From the NCBI GenBank assembly GCA_963693365.1, contig CAVNZM010000011.1, forward strand, positions 1,426,001 to 1,490,000: 64,000 nucleotides of DNA, in the 5' to 3' direction. A program made the translations under genes and the position numbers. This DNA is from Amoebidium appalachense (taxonomy: Eukaryota; Protista; Ichthyosporea). The notes beneath the pieces were generated by a model that saw only the letters and a program-made list of their open reading frames with translations, did not search any database and had not been told where the DNA came from. Shown piece after piece: positions 35,127 to 60,122 of the stretch (the first letter of the stretch is position 1; each line of letters opens with the position of its first letter).

Positions 35127-37350
35127 CTCATCTTAATGTCACACACAGTACACACACATGCGCAATACACACACACACTTACCCTGTGTAACAAACGACA
35201 CACTGGCACAGTATATTAACCGGCCTCTTTTGGTGCAGTGGCGGTTTGCAAACACGCACGGTCCGGGTTAGTGCTAGCCCAAGACAACGTAACGTTAGAT
35301 ATAATTAGCAGCTTCTGCGCAGATCTTGTGTAGGGAGAGAACAGACGGGTAGATGTACAAAGACTTAGAATAGAAAGAGAGCTGCCGGGTTTGCATTTCT
35401 TTTATCCGTGAGCAAGAGAAAGAAAAACAATCAGTTAAGTAGCAAGCATCTAATTCGACTTGTTTCATGTTAGTGGCAGTACATAGTGGGCTCGTACCGA
35501 TACTAGCGCTACCTCTGCACACTGCACTGTGCAACAAAACACGTTGCACTCAAGTGACCTTTGGATGCAAGGGATACTTGACGAGACGATATATGCAACA
35601 AGTAATTTATTACAAAAAGAACAACAGGGTGTCTGTCAGAGTCTGCTGGTTGCGTTGGACGGTGTGGAAAACAGTCATGATGTGTTTTCGACCGAAACGC
35701 CTTCCCGTTGTCTGTATGTGTATGGCTGACAGGGCATTCCACAAAAAGGTGGACTGAATGATCACGCTGTACGTGTGTATAATGTTCACACGCCATGCCT
35801 ACTCTACCCCCAGAGAGTGCATTTGGCAGAAACGCACCATGCAGGCAGTAAATGTTCAACACCCGTAGTACTTGAGCATATGTTTAACTACGGTGCATGT
35901 GTGATGCCCTCATGATCACGAATGGCTAAGAAAAACGCCCAACGCAACAAGCCTGCAAACCCCAAAATAACTAAGACGATAGAAATTATCATCTATAATA
36001 AAAAGCATCTGTGTAGCATTTTGAGGAAAAAGCAAATATTGTTACGTAAAGGGGTTTGTCTTTGCCAGAAGTAGCTTCTACGTCGGGCAGCTGGAGCCGC
36101 TGCCAGGCAGCCCGACAAACGACGGCCCTATGGCGGCCAACCTCGGGTGTTGGAGCGAAGCAAAAAATTGATCGATTTTTGAATAGTAGATCCAAAGTCT
36201 GAAAGTGGTGCTATGCTATGATCAGTCGACCTTTATAATGCTATCTCGCTGGGCGGCAGAGACCCTGATGTCATGCTTGCGCAAGTCGATTCTGCCAATC
36301 GTGCACTGCGGGCAGTGAGCAGTTGTTACCGCAGGTTTGGCGCGCCGCACTCACATGCATTGCAAAGCCAACGGTTTGTTTTTTTGCACATAACCGTTGC
36401 TACACGTGTGTCTTTTCCCTAACTTACACTTAAGGCGAAACGTTCCAGGGCTCAATATTTTCAGCTAATAGTGTTAGGATGGTAGAAAATTTGCGAGTTG
36501 GTCGCTGGGAGCCATCGAGAGGTACCCAAACTTTGGAAGGTGACCTCGAGCATACGGAGTAGAGCAGACGAGTAGAGCCCTGAGTTGTGTCCTTACCAAG
36601 AGCAAACGTTACAAACCATTGAGCCTAGCTCGACCTCCTATCTCGATGCCAGTCGGTTACCATCCTCATTTCGCATTGTCAGTCGCGGTCTCAGCAGTTA
36701 CGAAAGTGGTCCTCATTCTGACACTATGGTTCAGGGTAGGTGCCCCCCCCCCCCCCCCGGTGATTTACTCCCCCCCCCCTCCCCCCCCCCCTCTTTCTTC
36801 GGTATTCCCAACACCCCAACACCTACTGCACACGTTTAAGTAATCCCCATCTCCCAACTTTCGACTTTTGTTTTCTACCCCCCCCCCCCCCCCCCCCCCC
36901 CTTCCCCCCCCCCCCCTCTTCCCCCCCAACCACCCAGCCACCCCCCCCCCCCCCCCCCCAACCACCCACCCACCCACCGCCGCCCACCCCCCTTTTTTTG
37001 GTTTTCCTTTTTTTTTTTTTAGTTCTTTTTGTCGCGTCTTGCAGCCACTCACATCGGTCAAGAAATCCCTTAAGCCTCCAACTCCATTTGTAATCTACGC
37101 GCGTTTGCTCTGTAACTACGACATCATGGCCCAATCGAGTCGAATGAACATTTTATGGCGACGAAACCCCCTTGCCCCCCCCCCCCCCCACATCACCACC
37201 GCCACGATACACACACACACACACGTGCACACACACGGTTCTTCCCCATTCACATCTTTCCCATCCTCCCATCCCCCTCTCCATGCATGAGCAAAGGTTG
37301 TGGAACTCGGTTTGCTTTTAGGCTATGCTTGTTCTCTCTTTCTCTCTCTT

Positions 37351-37434
<84 letters not shown>

Positions 37435-37830
37435 CCCCCCCCCCCCCTCTCCCTCCTCCCACTCTCACTCCCTCTCTCTCTCTCCCCCTCTCTTTCTCTC
37501 TCTCTCTCTCTCCCTCCCTCCCTCCCTCCCTTCTTCCTTCCCTCCCTCCCTCCCTCCCTCCCTCCCTCCCCCCCTCCCCCTCCCCCTCCCCCTCCCCCCT
37601 CTCTATCTATCACACACACACTCCCCCCCCCCCCCCGTTTCAAACAGCACCGTCTGTTCTCACAAGAACACACGGTCTCTCTCTTTCCCTCTTATCCTCC
37701 CTTCTCTTACCCCCTTCCCTCCCCCCTCGGCTGCCCCCCTCCCCCCCTCCCCTCCCCTCCGTCCTCTCCCTCCCTCCTTCCTCCCTCCGTTCTCTCTCTC
37801 GCCTCCCTCGTGTCCCCCCCCCCCCTCCCT

Positions 37831-37979
37831 GACTTGGGCCCTCCCTGAGGATGGGCTCTGCTTATGACGCATACTGTGCGCATGGCTGATGTTGCATACT
37901 TGAATGTTTGCCTTTGCATGTGTCCTGCACCATGCTTCTCATTGTGTATGCGTACTTCGTACCGTGTTCCGCACTCAAA
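37831..37979 (+). mobile_element. Diverged short retroelement copy C
   Basis: Retains gggccctccctgaggatgggctctgcttat and the 3' end gtacttcgtac...gcactcaaa. Poly-C-t-ccc on both flanks. Confidence 0.75.
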
Positions 37980-38275
37980 CCCCCCCCCCCCCCCCCCCTC
38001 CCCCTCCTTCTTTCTCTTCACACTCAACATGGCTTACATGCGCATGCAGACACACTCAAACACACACACACACACACACTCTCTCTCTCTCCTTCTTCTC
38101 TCTCCATTCTCCATCTCTCCCTCCCTCCCTCCCTCCCTCTCTCTCTCCTTTATCTCTCTCTGTCTCTCTCCAGCCCCTTCACTCCCTCATTCCCTCTATC
38201 TCTTCTTAATCACTCACCATCCTCTCTCCCATGCACATGCGGTCTCTCTTAACCTCTTTCCTACTTTTTTCCCCT

Positions 38276-38817
38276 GGGACTTCATTCTTTTCAGCTGGTG
38301 TGGTATGTTAGTCAGGGAAGTATCGACTTAGGTATCGACGGGGGAGCCTAGAAGCCCCGTCTCCTGAGTTTCTATCCATATTTTTCTTCCTTCTGCTTAC
38401 TGCTGCAACATTAGTCCCCGACGTTTCCCATTGCTTACTGCTGCAACATTAGTCCCCGACGTTTCCCATTGCTACTGCTGCAACATTACTCCCCGACGTT
38501 TCCCATTGCTTACTGCTGCAACATTAGTCCCCGACGTTTCCCATTGCTTGCCGGTTGCCTGCTCGGATAAGTAACCCTACTCGTACCTGATCAAGACGGG
38601 TGACCCACATGAAGCAGTATCTGTGTTGGGTTTCGTTGACGATGTGAATGGTTCGAAACTCGGGCACTGTGGATGACCTGGGCCTCCCCCTGAGGATGGG
38701 CTCTGCTTATTATGCATACTCTTTTATGTTGCTTTGCACTGTGCATCGTTCTGTTCATTGTTTATGCGTACTTCATGCTTGAGTCTTGAGTTGGGTTTCG
38801 TTGACGAGGTGAATGGG
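38276..38817 (+). mobile_element. Diverged retroelement copy D with internal 38-bp tandem amplification, 3'-truncated, followed by a short internal duplication
   Basis: Collinear with 39189-39580. Fragment 38787-38817 repeats gagttgggtttcgttgacgaggtgaat. Confidence 0.85.
38395..38545 (+). repeat. 38-bp tandem repeat x4 (gcttactgctgcaacattagtccccgacgtttcccatt)
   Basis: Four consecutive copies, the third with small variants. Present once in copies B and E. Confidence 0.95.
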
Positions 38818-38969
38818 TGTATGTGTGTGCGGCACGTGCACGTGCATGTGTGTGTGTGTGTGTGTATGTGTGTGTGTGTGTTCCCCTTTTATCTCCCCCC
38901 CCCCGCGCGCGCGCGCGCGTGTGTGTGTGTGTGTTCCTCTTTTATCTCCCCGCGCGCGTGCGCGTGTGT

Positions 38970-39013
<44 letters not shown>

Positions 39014-39080
39014 TCCCCTTTTATCTTCCGACCCCCCCCCCCCCCCCCATCCCTGTGTGTGTTGCGTGTGTTTCTCTTTT

Positions 39081-39599
39081 AGTTCCCGACCCAAGACGAT
39101 AAAGTTCCGCCCTAGTAAGCGTGTTACTACCCTGCGGCGTGGGTCAAATCTCATATTTTCCCCTCTGATTGCGAATTCTGCGGCCTTCGGGACTTAATTC
39201 TTTTCAGCTGGTGTAGTATGTTAGCGAGGGAAGTATCGACTTAGGTATCGACGGGGGAGCTTCCTAGAAGCCCCGTCTCCTGAGTTCCTATCTATATTTT
39301 TCTTGCTTCTGCTTACTGCTGCAACTTTAACCCCCGGCCTTTCCCACTGCCCTTGCCTGCATAAGCAACCCTGCTGGTCTCTGATCAAGACGGATGACCT
39401 ACCCATGTTCAAGTGAAACAGTATCTGAGTTGGGTTTCGTTAACGAGGTGAATAGGTCGAAACTCGGGCACTGTGGATGACGTGGGCCCCCCCTGAGGAT
39501 GGGCTCTGCTTATTATGCATACTCTTTATGTATGGCTTGCATTCTGCATCGTGTTATCCGTTTGTTCTTGTGTACTTCGTACTTTTTGACGCATCTCAA
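39081..39599 (+). mobile_element. Longest retroelement copy E (non-coding, structured); 5' limit approximate
   Basis: Contains all segments shared with copies A-D. Ends ...gacgcatctcaa followed by C18; an A-C17 tract lies at 39031-39048. Confidence 0.85.
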
Positions 39600-39616
39600 C
39601 CCCCCCCCCCCCCCCC

Positions 39617-39651
<35 letters not shown>

Positions 39652-40288
39652 CACACACCACAAAAATCTGGTCTATTGCAGCTACTTAATATGAAGTCCA
39701 GTCCCCGGCTCTGTGTCTATTGACACAAAAAACCCCACCTACAAAGAAATTTGAACTATTCCTCCTCGTGGCAGATCTAGAGGCCGGTACTGCCATGTGT
39801 GTACATATGGTCTGGGATGTAGTGCATGCACGTGCGTGCGCGGACACGTCGGGCACACACCACGGTTACCACTCACGCGCCCTTTTATGACGTGTACCTA
39901 CACTCAACCACCCACGTACACACGCACACACACACACGTACACACACACACACACAGAAAATAACCCTCTGAGACGTGCACGTGCACGCGTACACAGTCT
40001 AACTGGCTGCAGCAAAGGCTTTGCCACAGTGCACCTCCCCACCGTCTCCCACGGTGCCTCTTACACCTTGCATATGTGCCCCAGTCGTTACACAACACGG
40101 CCAACTAGAGACGTCAGGCCCTGAGCCGATGGGTAACCATAACCATACGAACACCTCCCCCCCTTCCCCTCTACAATGGGCCTTTCCCACCCCACCCCCC
40201 CATATATACGAGGCATACTCTGTGTGATGAGTTGCAATTGTCCGTCAAGGATGTGTACTTCCTACGGTGTAGGCTGTTACTCTTTCTA

Positions 40289-40323
<35 letters not shown>

Positions 40324-41039
40324 TGTCTCCCAACCTACACACACACACAAACAACCACACCCACCCACCCACATGTATTCTTCCACACTTCCACACATAT
40401 TAGCACACGTTACCGCTTACTCTTACTTCTTGGTCATGCTTGTGAATTTTGGTTTTTGACACAGACGGCATTTTGACGTAAAAAGAAAACAGTACGCTTT
40501 CTGAGGCTGTCCTTTTCGTAGTTCAAATCAGTACTTGTGCATGCATTCCTTTGTGTCACAGTGGTAACCAGACATCCTTTTGCGTAGCACTAACACACAT
40601 GTCATTTAGCTATCACGTAACCTTCAGAAGAGTAGCTACCGTAGAGTCCAAGTTTGGGTGCCTGCGCTCCTTTTGATGTAGCTCCTATTTTTCAAGGCCG
40701 ACAAAACTTTCCCTCCGAAGCGACTAGATCACGTGCCAACTCATACCCTTCAAAACTCGCCAGAGTATATAGTTGATTATACGGCGGCTGAGGCCACAGT
40801 CGCACGTGGCAGTTTGGGTGCCGTGGTTTTCAGTCTTGCATTGTATGAACATAATTATATAAGCATGTTGGAGTATTCACTAACTTAATAACCACATGCA
40901 TCCACACATTCACAGGTACGTACACACCTGTGGTACACGCACACTCGCACACATGCAAAAACCGTGCCCGTCGCTCTCACACACACGGACATTTGTGCAC
41001 ACATGCGCATGCACACATCTGCACACAAACACACACACG

Positions 41040-41104
<65 letters not shown>

Positions 41105-41694
41105 TCACAAACACAAACACACGTACACAGCTGAACGTGTGTCTGTGTGCGTGCTGTTTATGTGTTCACGTCACACAGTGTATACGCGAGTGCATGCATA
41201 TTCGTGCTGGCGTGTGTGAGAGAGGGTACCGACATAGAGCTTTTAAGTGGATGTGTGGACGCGAAGGGTCCCAACTGTTTGAGTGCCAACGAATAAACAT
41301 CGCCCATCTTTCAGGCATTGGCACGCTTGTACATGTGCCCTTGGCAACCTAATAGGTTTCGGGCAGAACTCCGTGTGTTTTCTATCTGAAGCCGCCTTGC
41401 ACAAACAGCGTTAGCCTAATGCTCCTCAGCTGATCGGCCGGTCGGGCTAAAGGTCGACTGATCTTGGCTCGTGATCACGATCATGATCATACCAGTACCC
41501 AACTTTAACGCCTTGCTCGATCAGTCGTTCTTCTCGGCCCGGGCCCCCCCCAACCCCCCCCCACCCCATGCGACGTGTGGGCACGTGTGTGTGACACGGT
41601 GTGCACACGTGTGTGTTTGTGTGTCACTGTGTGTGTGCGTGTGTGTGACATATGCATGTACATGTGTGTGCGTGTGTGTGCGTGTGCGTGTGTG

Positions 41695-41743
<49 letters not shown>

Positions 41744-42166
41744 ACGTGTGTGTGTGTGCCAGTGTGTGTGTGTGTGCCAGTGTGTGTGTGCACATGTCAC
41801 TGTGTGCACATGTCACAGTGCGTGTGTGTGTTTGGAAGACTCTGAGGGTAGAGGAGACACACCGGCCTGTTAAACCTTCGACCCCGGGCCCCCTCCCCCC
41901 CCTTCAACCCCCCCCCCCCCCCCCCCTCCCCCCCCCCTCCACATACATGATATCATACACACACACACGCTTCGACACACACCACGGTAACCAACGTCAC
42001 CCACCCCCTCCTACCCTCGCCCCTCCCTCCTCCCCCCCCCCCCCCCCCCCCCCCCTCCATCCCCACCCCCCAACCCCTACCGTGACCCCTCGCCAACAAC
42101 AGAGAGAGAGAGCGAGCGAGAGAGTCACTCGGGGGGTGATAGAGACGACACACGCACACATACACA

Positions 42167-42494
<328 letters not shown>

Positions 42495-42551
42495 GGTGTG
42501 GGAGAGCCGGTGTGGGAGGGGGAATTCAACTCAACTCGACTGGCCTCCCCT

Positions 42552-42586
<35 letters not shown>

Positions 42587-42673
42587 CCCCCCCCCCTCCC
42601 CCCTCCCCCCCCCCCCCGCCCCTCCCCCAAATTTAAACAAAAGTGTTGACCACAACCACAAACCCGGTCTCCA

Positions 42674-43231
42674 TGTGATCACCTCCTGTTGGCTTGAACC
42701 CTCGCCTTTGGCCCCGCCCCAGCCAGCAAATTTCCATGCCGTGCGCATAGCTAAGTTAGTCATCAATTTCACCAAAGATCTTAATCATTATTATCAGAAT
42801 AAATGTGGAGCAGAGGCAGGATTCGGTCCTGTGACCTCTGTAAGAGACCATCACTTCTACATAGCGGATCGAGAGTAGAGAGGTTCGCAGGAAGTGGTTT
42901 GAGATCTCTGATCCTCCGGTACACGGCCCTCTGAGGGCCGTGCTCCGGTACCATCTGAGGATGGTCCGGCTGCTTTATATACCTGCGCGGATGCCAGTCC
43001 GCGAATACATCGTCCAATAGGGTTACAGATAGTCTCAGGATAGATCAGGATTATGTACTAGCCAATAGGAAGACATGTATGGTTCCTGGCGATTATGTAC
43101 TAGCCAACAGGAAGACCTGGCGTATGCGGCCCCAGGCGGTCCCCATGTACCCAAGGGCGGGATAGGCGGGAACAGGCTAAGTACGTGACTGGGAAGAGAA
43201 GGTATAAACAGATAGACTATTCTATCATAAC
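42674..43231 (-). mobile_element. LTR-like element (TGTTAT...ATCACA) followed by TGG, a possible primer-binding site
   Basis: On the minus strand: TG start, duplicated ~26-bp CCAAT-type repeats (43049-43117), TATATAAAG (~42973-42981), hairpin cassette 42914-42951, gagggttcaagcca, CA end, then TGGAGACCGGG. No TSD or internal ORFs found. Confidence 0.45.
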
Positions 43232-44229
43232 ACGTCGACAGGGTGGAGTGTGAGCTAACATTGTGGTGAACATTCTATAGACTGTGAGGCGACCTATTTC
43301 AGCCACTGTACGGCTGCTACGCCAGCCAATGCACCGCATGCGATGAGGGGTTCTAGTTGATTAACAACTCAGTGCAGGTTGGCACGGTAGCCTGTGGCTC
43401 TAATGCACGTATATTAAACTGTATGTTGCTGTTGAAATCCCGGTAACTATGGGTTTGGTATTAAACTGTATATTGGTGTTGAGATTCTGGTACTAATGGT
43501 TTTGGTATCGATCATCCGGATAATCTACACAGCAGTGGCTATAGTGTGTGCTTATCTTGGTGGCTACGGCGCATATCTCGATGGTGACTAAGTTATGGTA
43601 TATCTATCATCTGCATGTTCCTCGTGTCTTTGCACTAACCTAACAGTTTTTGCTAACTGTTCTATCACAAACCATCAGCTTTTTTAATATTCGGTTTTAT
43701 TTTTTGCATTTGAGTTGGGACCCCCACCCCATCCTTGCTTTGCATTCCATTTCAACCCCACTATCCGCCCACATCACGGCCGCATGTATCGTCAACTCTC
43801 CAATTAGCCCGCCTGGATCTTTTATTAATAATACTATATTATATTATACAGCAGGGGAGACAGGGGCCATGGCCACCAACCCACAGGCCCAACTTAAGCT
43901 TGCCGACAACAGACTTGGCAGCCCACTGCTCGACCCTTCCCTTAAGTTGAGGTACAGCACTTTTGTCCTCACCCTCACTTTCCCTCTCTTTTGTCCTCTC
44001 CCTCACTTGTGTCCACTCCCGCGTTCAGTGATACTCACCGGCACTCACGTAGGTACCAGTACTTTGCTCACACATTTCAACATACAAGTAGTTGCGCCAA
44101 TGCACACACATGACCCCCCCCCCCCCCTCCCCCCTACCCTCCCCCTCTCCCCCCTCCCGCTCCCTCCCCCCCCCCCCCCCCCCCCCCCAACCCGCGGAAA
44201 AAAGAAAAAGAAGAAAAAGGCATTGCCAT

Positions 44230-44261
<32 letters not shown>

Positions 44262-45512
44262 CCCCAAGCCCACCCCACCCCACCCCTACCACCACTACCG
44301 CGATCCTCCGCGGGCAATTCTCCCCGCCCCCGGGGGGCCCCTACCGCCTATTGGCCGTGACCAATATAATTCCTATCCACATAGACACCCACCCAACACC
44401 CTCTCACCCACCCACCCAACACCCTCAGGCCCGAGCAGGCGTACAACCAGTAGTTCATAAGTGATCACAATAAGTCCTCCCGTCTCACCTCCATGGCCAA
44501 GGCTCAAGATGCAGCCCAGTTAGCTACTAGTCTAGCTGCTGCGACTGCGGTCTAAAAGGCAAGACAGGTGAGAAAAAGGGTGCAGGCACGGAGGGAGAAG
44601 GCGGCGGTGATTTGATTCCTTTTTGTATCAGAGGTTCGGTTGGTTCTGTTTTTCCCCCTTTTTCTGTAGATCCTTCTTGTTTATCAGAGGTTCAAAGTGG
44701 CTTCTAGTTTGTTTTTATTGTCCTTTCTGTATATCAGAGGTTCGTTGCTTCTAGTTTAAATTTGGTGATTTGTTTAACACTACCGCAACACACTAGCGCG
44801 CGAGAAGGGGGGAGGGGGGAGGGAGGGGGGGAAGGGGGAGGGGGGGGGGGGAGGGGGAGGGGGGAGGGGCGGGTGGTGGAGAAGGGGGGGGGGGGGAGTC
44901 CAAGAGCCTGGTCATATTCTAAAGGTACTTTCGAACTTGCATGTATGCCTAAATAGGCCCGTACGGTAATATCACACCTATTAGTCTACCGGGCAAGGTA
45001 TGTCATGTCTTATTAGCATTTATGCCCAGTAGCACGAACTCAAAAGGAACATGTGTATGTATGGATGTACATATGGTTGTCTATGTTATATATATTGTGG
45101 TGTTCCGCAACGGATTTGCATTGTGGCACCGATAATGCGATGCCTAATATGCATCGAAAGACGTGCTTAGTCTAGCCCTTAAGTAGTGGGATTCGGATAA
45201 CGTAAGTAAATAGCAATCTTGATGTTTGTACAATATCACAATGATCTAATTAGTTATCGATATATCGAGCCAGCTGATGTAAACCGTCAGATCGCTCTGT
45301 GTATCGTAGCCCTTTTTACCTTAAAAACCCGCCACCCAGGCCTACCTGCCAGGCCGAAATAATGTGAACACAATAAATGTGGCAGGTTATTGTTTTAATT
45401 TCACGAACCACTCCGACCTTCCCCCCCCCCCCCCCCTCCCCCCTTCCCCTCCGATCCCTCCCCTCCCCCTGGCCCAAACATATACGAAACACGAAACGTA
45501 CACTGACAACAG

Positions 45513-45543
<31 letters not shown>

Positions 45544-45571
45544 CCCTGCCCCACCGCCGAAGCATGTAGGG

Positions 45572-56960
<11,389 letters not shown>

Positions 56961-57089
56961 CAAAGTGATTTTAAATGTTAAGGGAACGGCTGCACGTGAG
57001 GTTGAGTAGGAGTGCTGGGAGGAGCCATTGTGCAATAATTTCGCGGGCAGGAATGCAAAAAAGATGTGCGCAGCAAGATGTCTGTTTGA

Positions 57090-57137
<48 letters not shown>

Positions 57138-57589
57138 TGCGTGTCACGTGTTTCTTTGTGTACGTGTATGATTTTGTGTGCATGCACCGTGTGTGTGTGT
57201 GTTCGTGTGTCTCTGTGTTGTCTCTGTTCCCCCCCTCCCCCCCCTTATCCGCTCCACCTCCCCGCCTTGCCCCTAAGCAGGCCGTGTCCCCCCTTCGGAA
57301 TTTTTACATCAATAGATGTTATGACTTTGGTAAATATGCAGCCCAGTGCATGGGGGAGGAAAAAGAACACATGCAACGAGCGGTAGAGGCCACCGATCTT
57401 ATGGAGAGGCAAGCAGCAAACATGGTGATAGCTGGGAGATTGGCCGAGAAGAGGAGCAGGGATTGAGACAAAACCATTTTCAGCATAACGGGATGAGCAA
57501 CGTCGGGTGTGAGACACAGCCAGAATCACCGATATGGCTTGGTTCAAGAAACAGGAAATGCCATAAGAACGGCACCAGCTTTTTCTTTT

Positions 57590-57661
<72 letters not shown>

Positions 57662-57965
57662 AAGGTGCGTGCGTGCGTGCCAAACTCCTTGTGTTTGACT
57701 CTACGATTGTGTGTGGTGTTGGTATGGGTGTAGACCCTCGTGCACTTGAGCTGAAAACCTTAACAGCCATCCTTAATAGTTGGTAATGTCCATATACACA
57801 CATTGCTAGTGGGAGGGCACCGGATTAAGTGCTGTGAATACGTAATCTTGGCATCTAAAGGCATACACGCTGCTTGTGCAAGTGAGTTTGTCAATATGTG
57901 TGTTGGGGAGTGTGCGTGGGCGGGTGCGTGAGAGTGTGCGTCTGTGTGTGCATGTGCAAATGTGG

Positions 57966-58020
<55 letters not shown>

Positions 58021-58039
58021 CGCGCGAGCCTGCGTGTGT

Positions 58040-58090
<51 letters not shown>

Positions 58091-58648
58091 TGTGTGTGTC
58101 TCTCTCTCTGTGTGTGCACGTGCACATGTGCATGTGCGTGTCTGTACGTGCGTACACGTGTCCACTAGTCGTCTTCCAGGTGTGTGTGTGTGTGCGGGGG
58201 GAAGGGTTAGTGGGGAGAGGGGGGTTGCGGGGCAAATAGGGGAGAAAGATTTCCATACCCACACGGCATTGCTTGCGTGCTTGTCTACGAGCAATAACAA
58301 ATCTCATGAAACATCGCTGAAAGCCTTCATTACACTTACTTTCGTCGTCAGTTTGTCAACCGGCTCTTGCTCTATGGCGTATCGTGCATGTAGAAACAAA
58401 GGCCTGTTGTTGCAGATGTCTTTCTCCCTTCTCACCCCCTTCTCTCTTCCTCTTCTCCCCCCTTCTCCCCCCCCGCCTTCAAGTTCTCTCGCTCTTTCTC
58501 TCTCTCTATCTATCTATCTATCTATCTATGTCTCTCTCCCTCTCCCCCCCCCCCCCCCCCACCCCACCCCACCCCACCCCCCCTCTCGTTGCACACACAC
58601 ACGCGAGCGCGCACACACACTCTCTCGCTCTCTCTCGTTCTCTCTCTA

Positions 58649-58694
<46 letters not shown>

Positions 58695-58831
58695 CTCTCT
58701 CACTCTCACTCTCTCACTCTCACTCAACTCACTCACACACACACACACACAAACTCTCTCCCTCTCCCTCTCTCTCTCTCCCTCTCTCCCTCTCCCTTTC
58801 CCTCCCTCGCCCCTCTCTTTCTCCCTTTCTC

Positions 58832-58888
<57 letters not shown>

Positions 58889-60122
58889 CTCTCTCCGTCT
58901 ATGTCTCCCTCACTCTCTCTCCCTCTCCCTTTTTATCTCACTCGCGCGGTCTCTCTCCTCTCTCTCTTCCCAGCTCGCTCCCTCTGCCTCTCCCTCTGTC
59001 TCTAGATGTGTCTGTGCTTGTGTGGTGTGCGCGTGTTTTTGTGCTTGGGCCCGCGTGCCCGTTTGTCCGTGTATGCGTGTACTAACTACTCTTTTCCCTG
59101 TCTCTGCCAGGCTCTTAAGTTTCAGCGTTTTCCCTTGAAGTTTGCCTGTCATGGCATGTTGATTTCACTGTTATCAGCTTTTTCGCGCCAAAAACAATGT
59201 GTCCAATTAGAATAGATGAGCGTCTACGAATGGCAACGCAGATCCGAATGCGATCTACATTTTTGTGCTGATAACGCTCGATCTAAAATATTCAGCAGGG
59301 TTCGATTTCCGGTTTGAAGGTCCCCTAGTCGGGGGGGGGGGGGGGGGGATGCTGGAACCACGGCCCTCTGAAAAAAAAAGAGCCGTGCTGGAACCTTTGG
59401 GCCACGTACTCAGGCACACATGTACAAAGTGACGCTCTATCCATGCTATACATTCTTATACTGTATTTGAGCTCTTGTTCCCTCTTACCCTCGGTAGCGG
59501 CCACCCGGTTCCCCATGCATGTGCAGGCACGCATGCGCGCCGGACCAACATGCATGCATGTTTCGAATTCATGTCTGAAAAACATTTTTTCATAATGACT
59601 TTATTGATATGCTCTGGTGAGATGAATATTTTTAATCACAGTACACATCTGTGTACTATCTAAAAGCTACATACGTCACAGTGGCCGGGGCACCGGGCCA
59701 CCGGCCCTGCACTTTTTACCCAAAGTTACAAATCCCAAACATGTTTTCGGATTTTTCGATAATGACCTTCAATGTGTGGAGCCCTGAAGGTCACTGTCGA
59801 GTGTCGGTCGTGGGCATGGAATGTGGACAAGAATGTGGGGTGGGGATGGGCTCTTGAGGTAGAAAGTTTGAACAGAGTGTTACAGTGGTGCCATACGACG
59901 AGCCCAGCCACATATCCTGCACACACAAGGTTATTTTTTCTTTTGTAGAAATACTTGAAGCAACGCGTTGTAGGTTTTCTTGCTAAACTCTGCCACTCAA
60001 CAACACCAAAGAGCAAGACAGAGTAGGAAAATGGGCAACAAAACCAGTATTGCTGGCTATGCCGACGAGCACAGCTTTGTGGAGCTAACCAGTGTCACGA
60101 TCACCTCCAAGAACAGACCCAC

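Noticed and set aside
36620-37170. Transposase relic (TATDNAK resembling hAT TDN motif)
   Set aside because: Too short, interrupted by stops, and with no other transposase motifs.
39165-39185. HDV/CPEB3-like ribozyme suggested by tgcgaattctgc
   Set aside because: No matching upstream P2, P3-L3 or P1 elements found.
39419-39510. Canonical hammerhead ribozyme (CTGAGGA; TTAACGA...GAAA)
   Set aside because: No arrangement gives a CUGANGA core with properly paired stems I and II; kept only as a structured-RNA finding.
39477-39689. Repeated ORF MTWAPPEDGLCLLCILFMYG... (also at 2672-2983 and 25777-26082)
   Set aside because: It recurs only because it lies in the repeated element; it is disrupted in diverged copies and has no protein motif.
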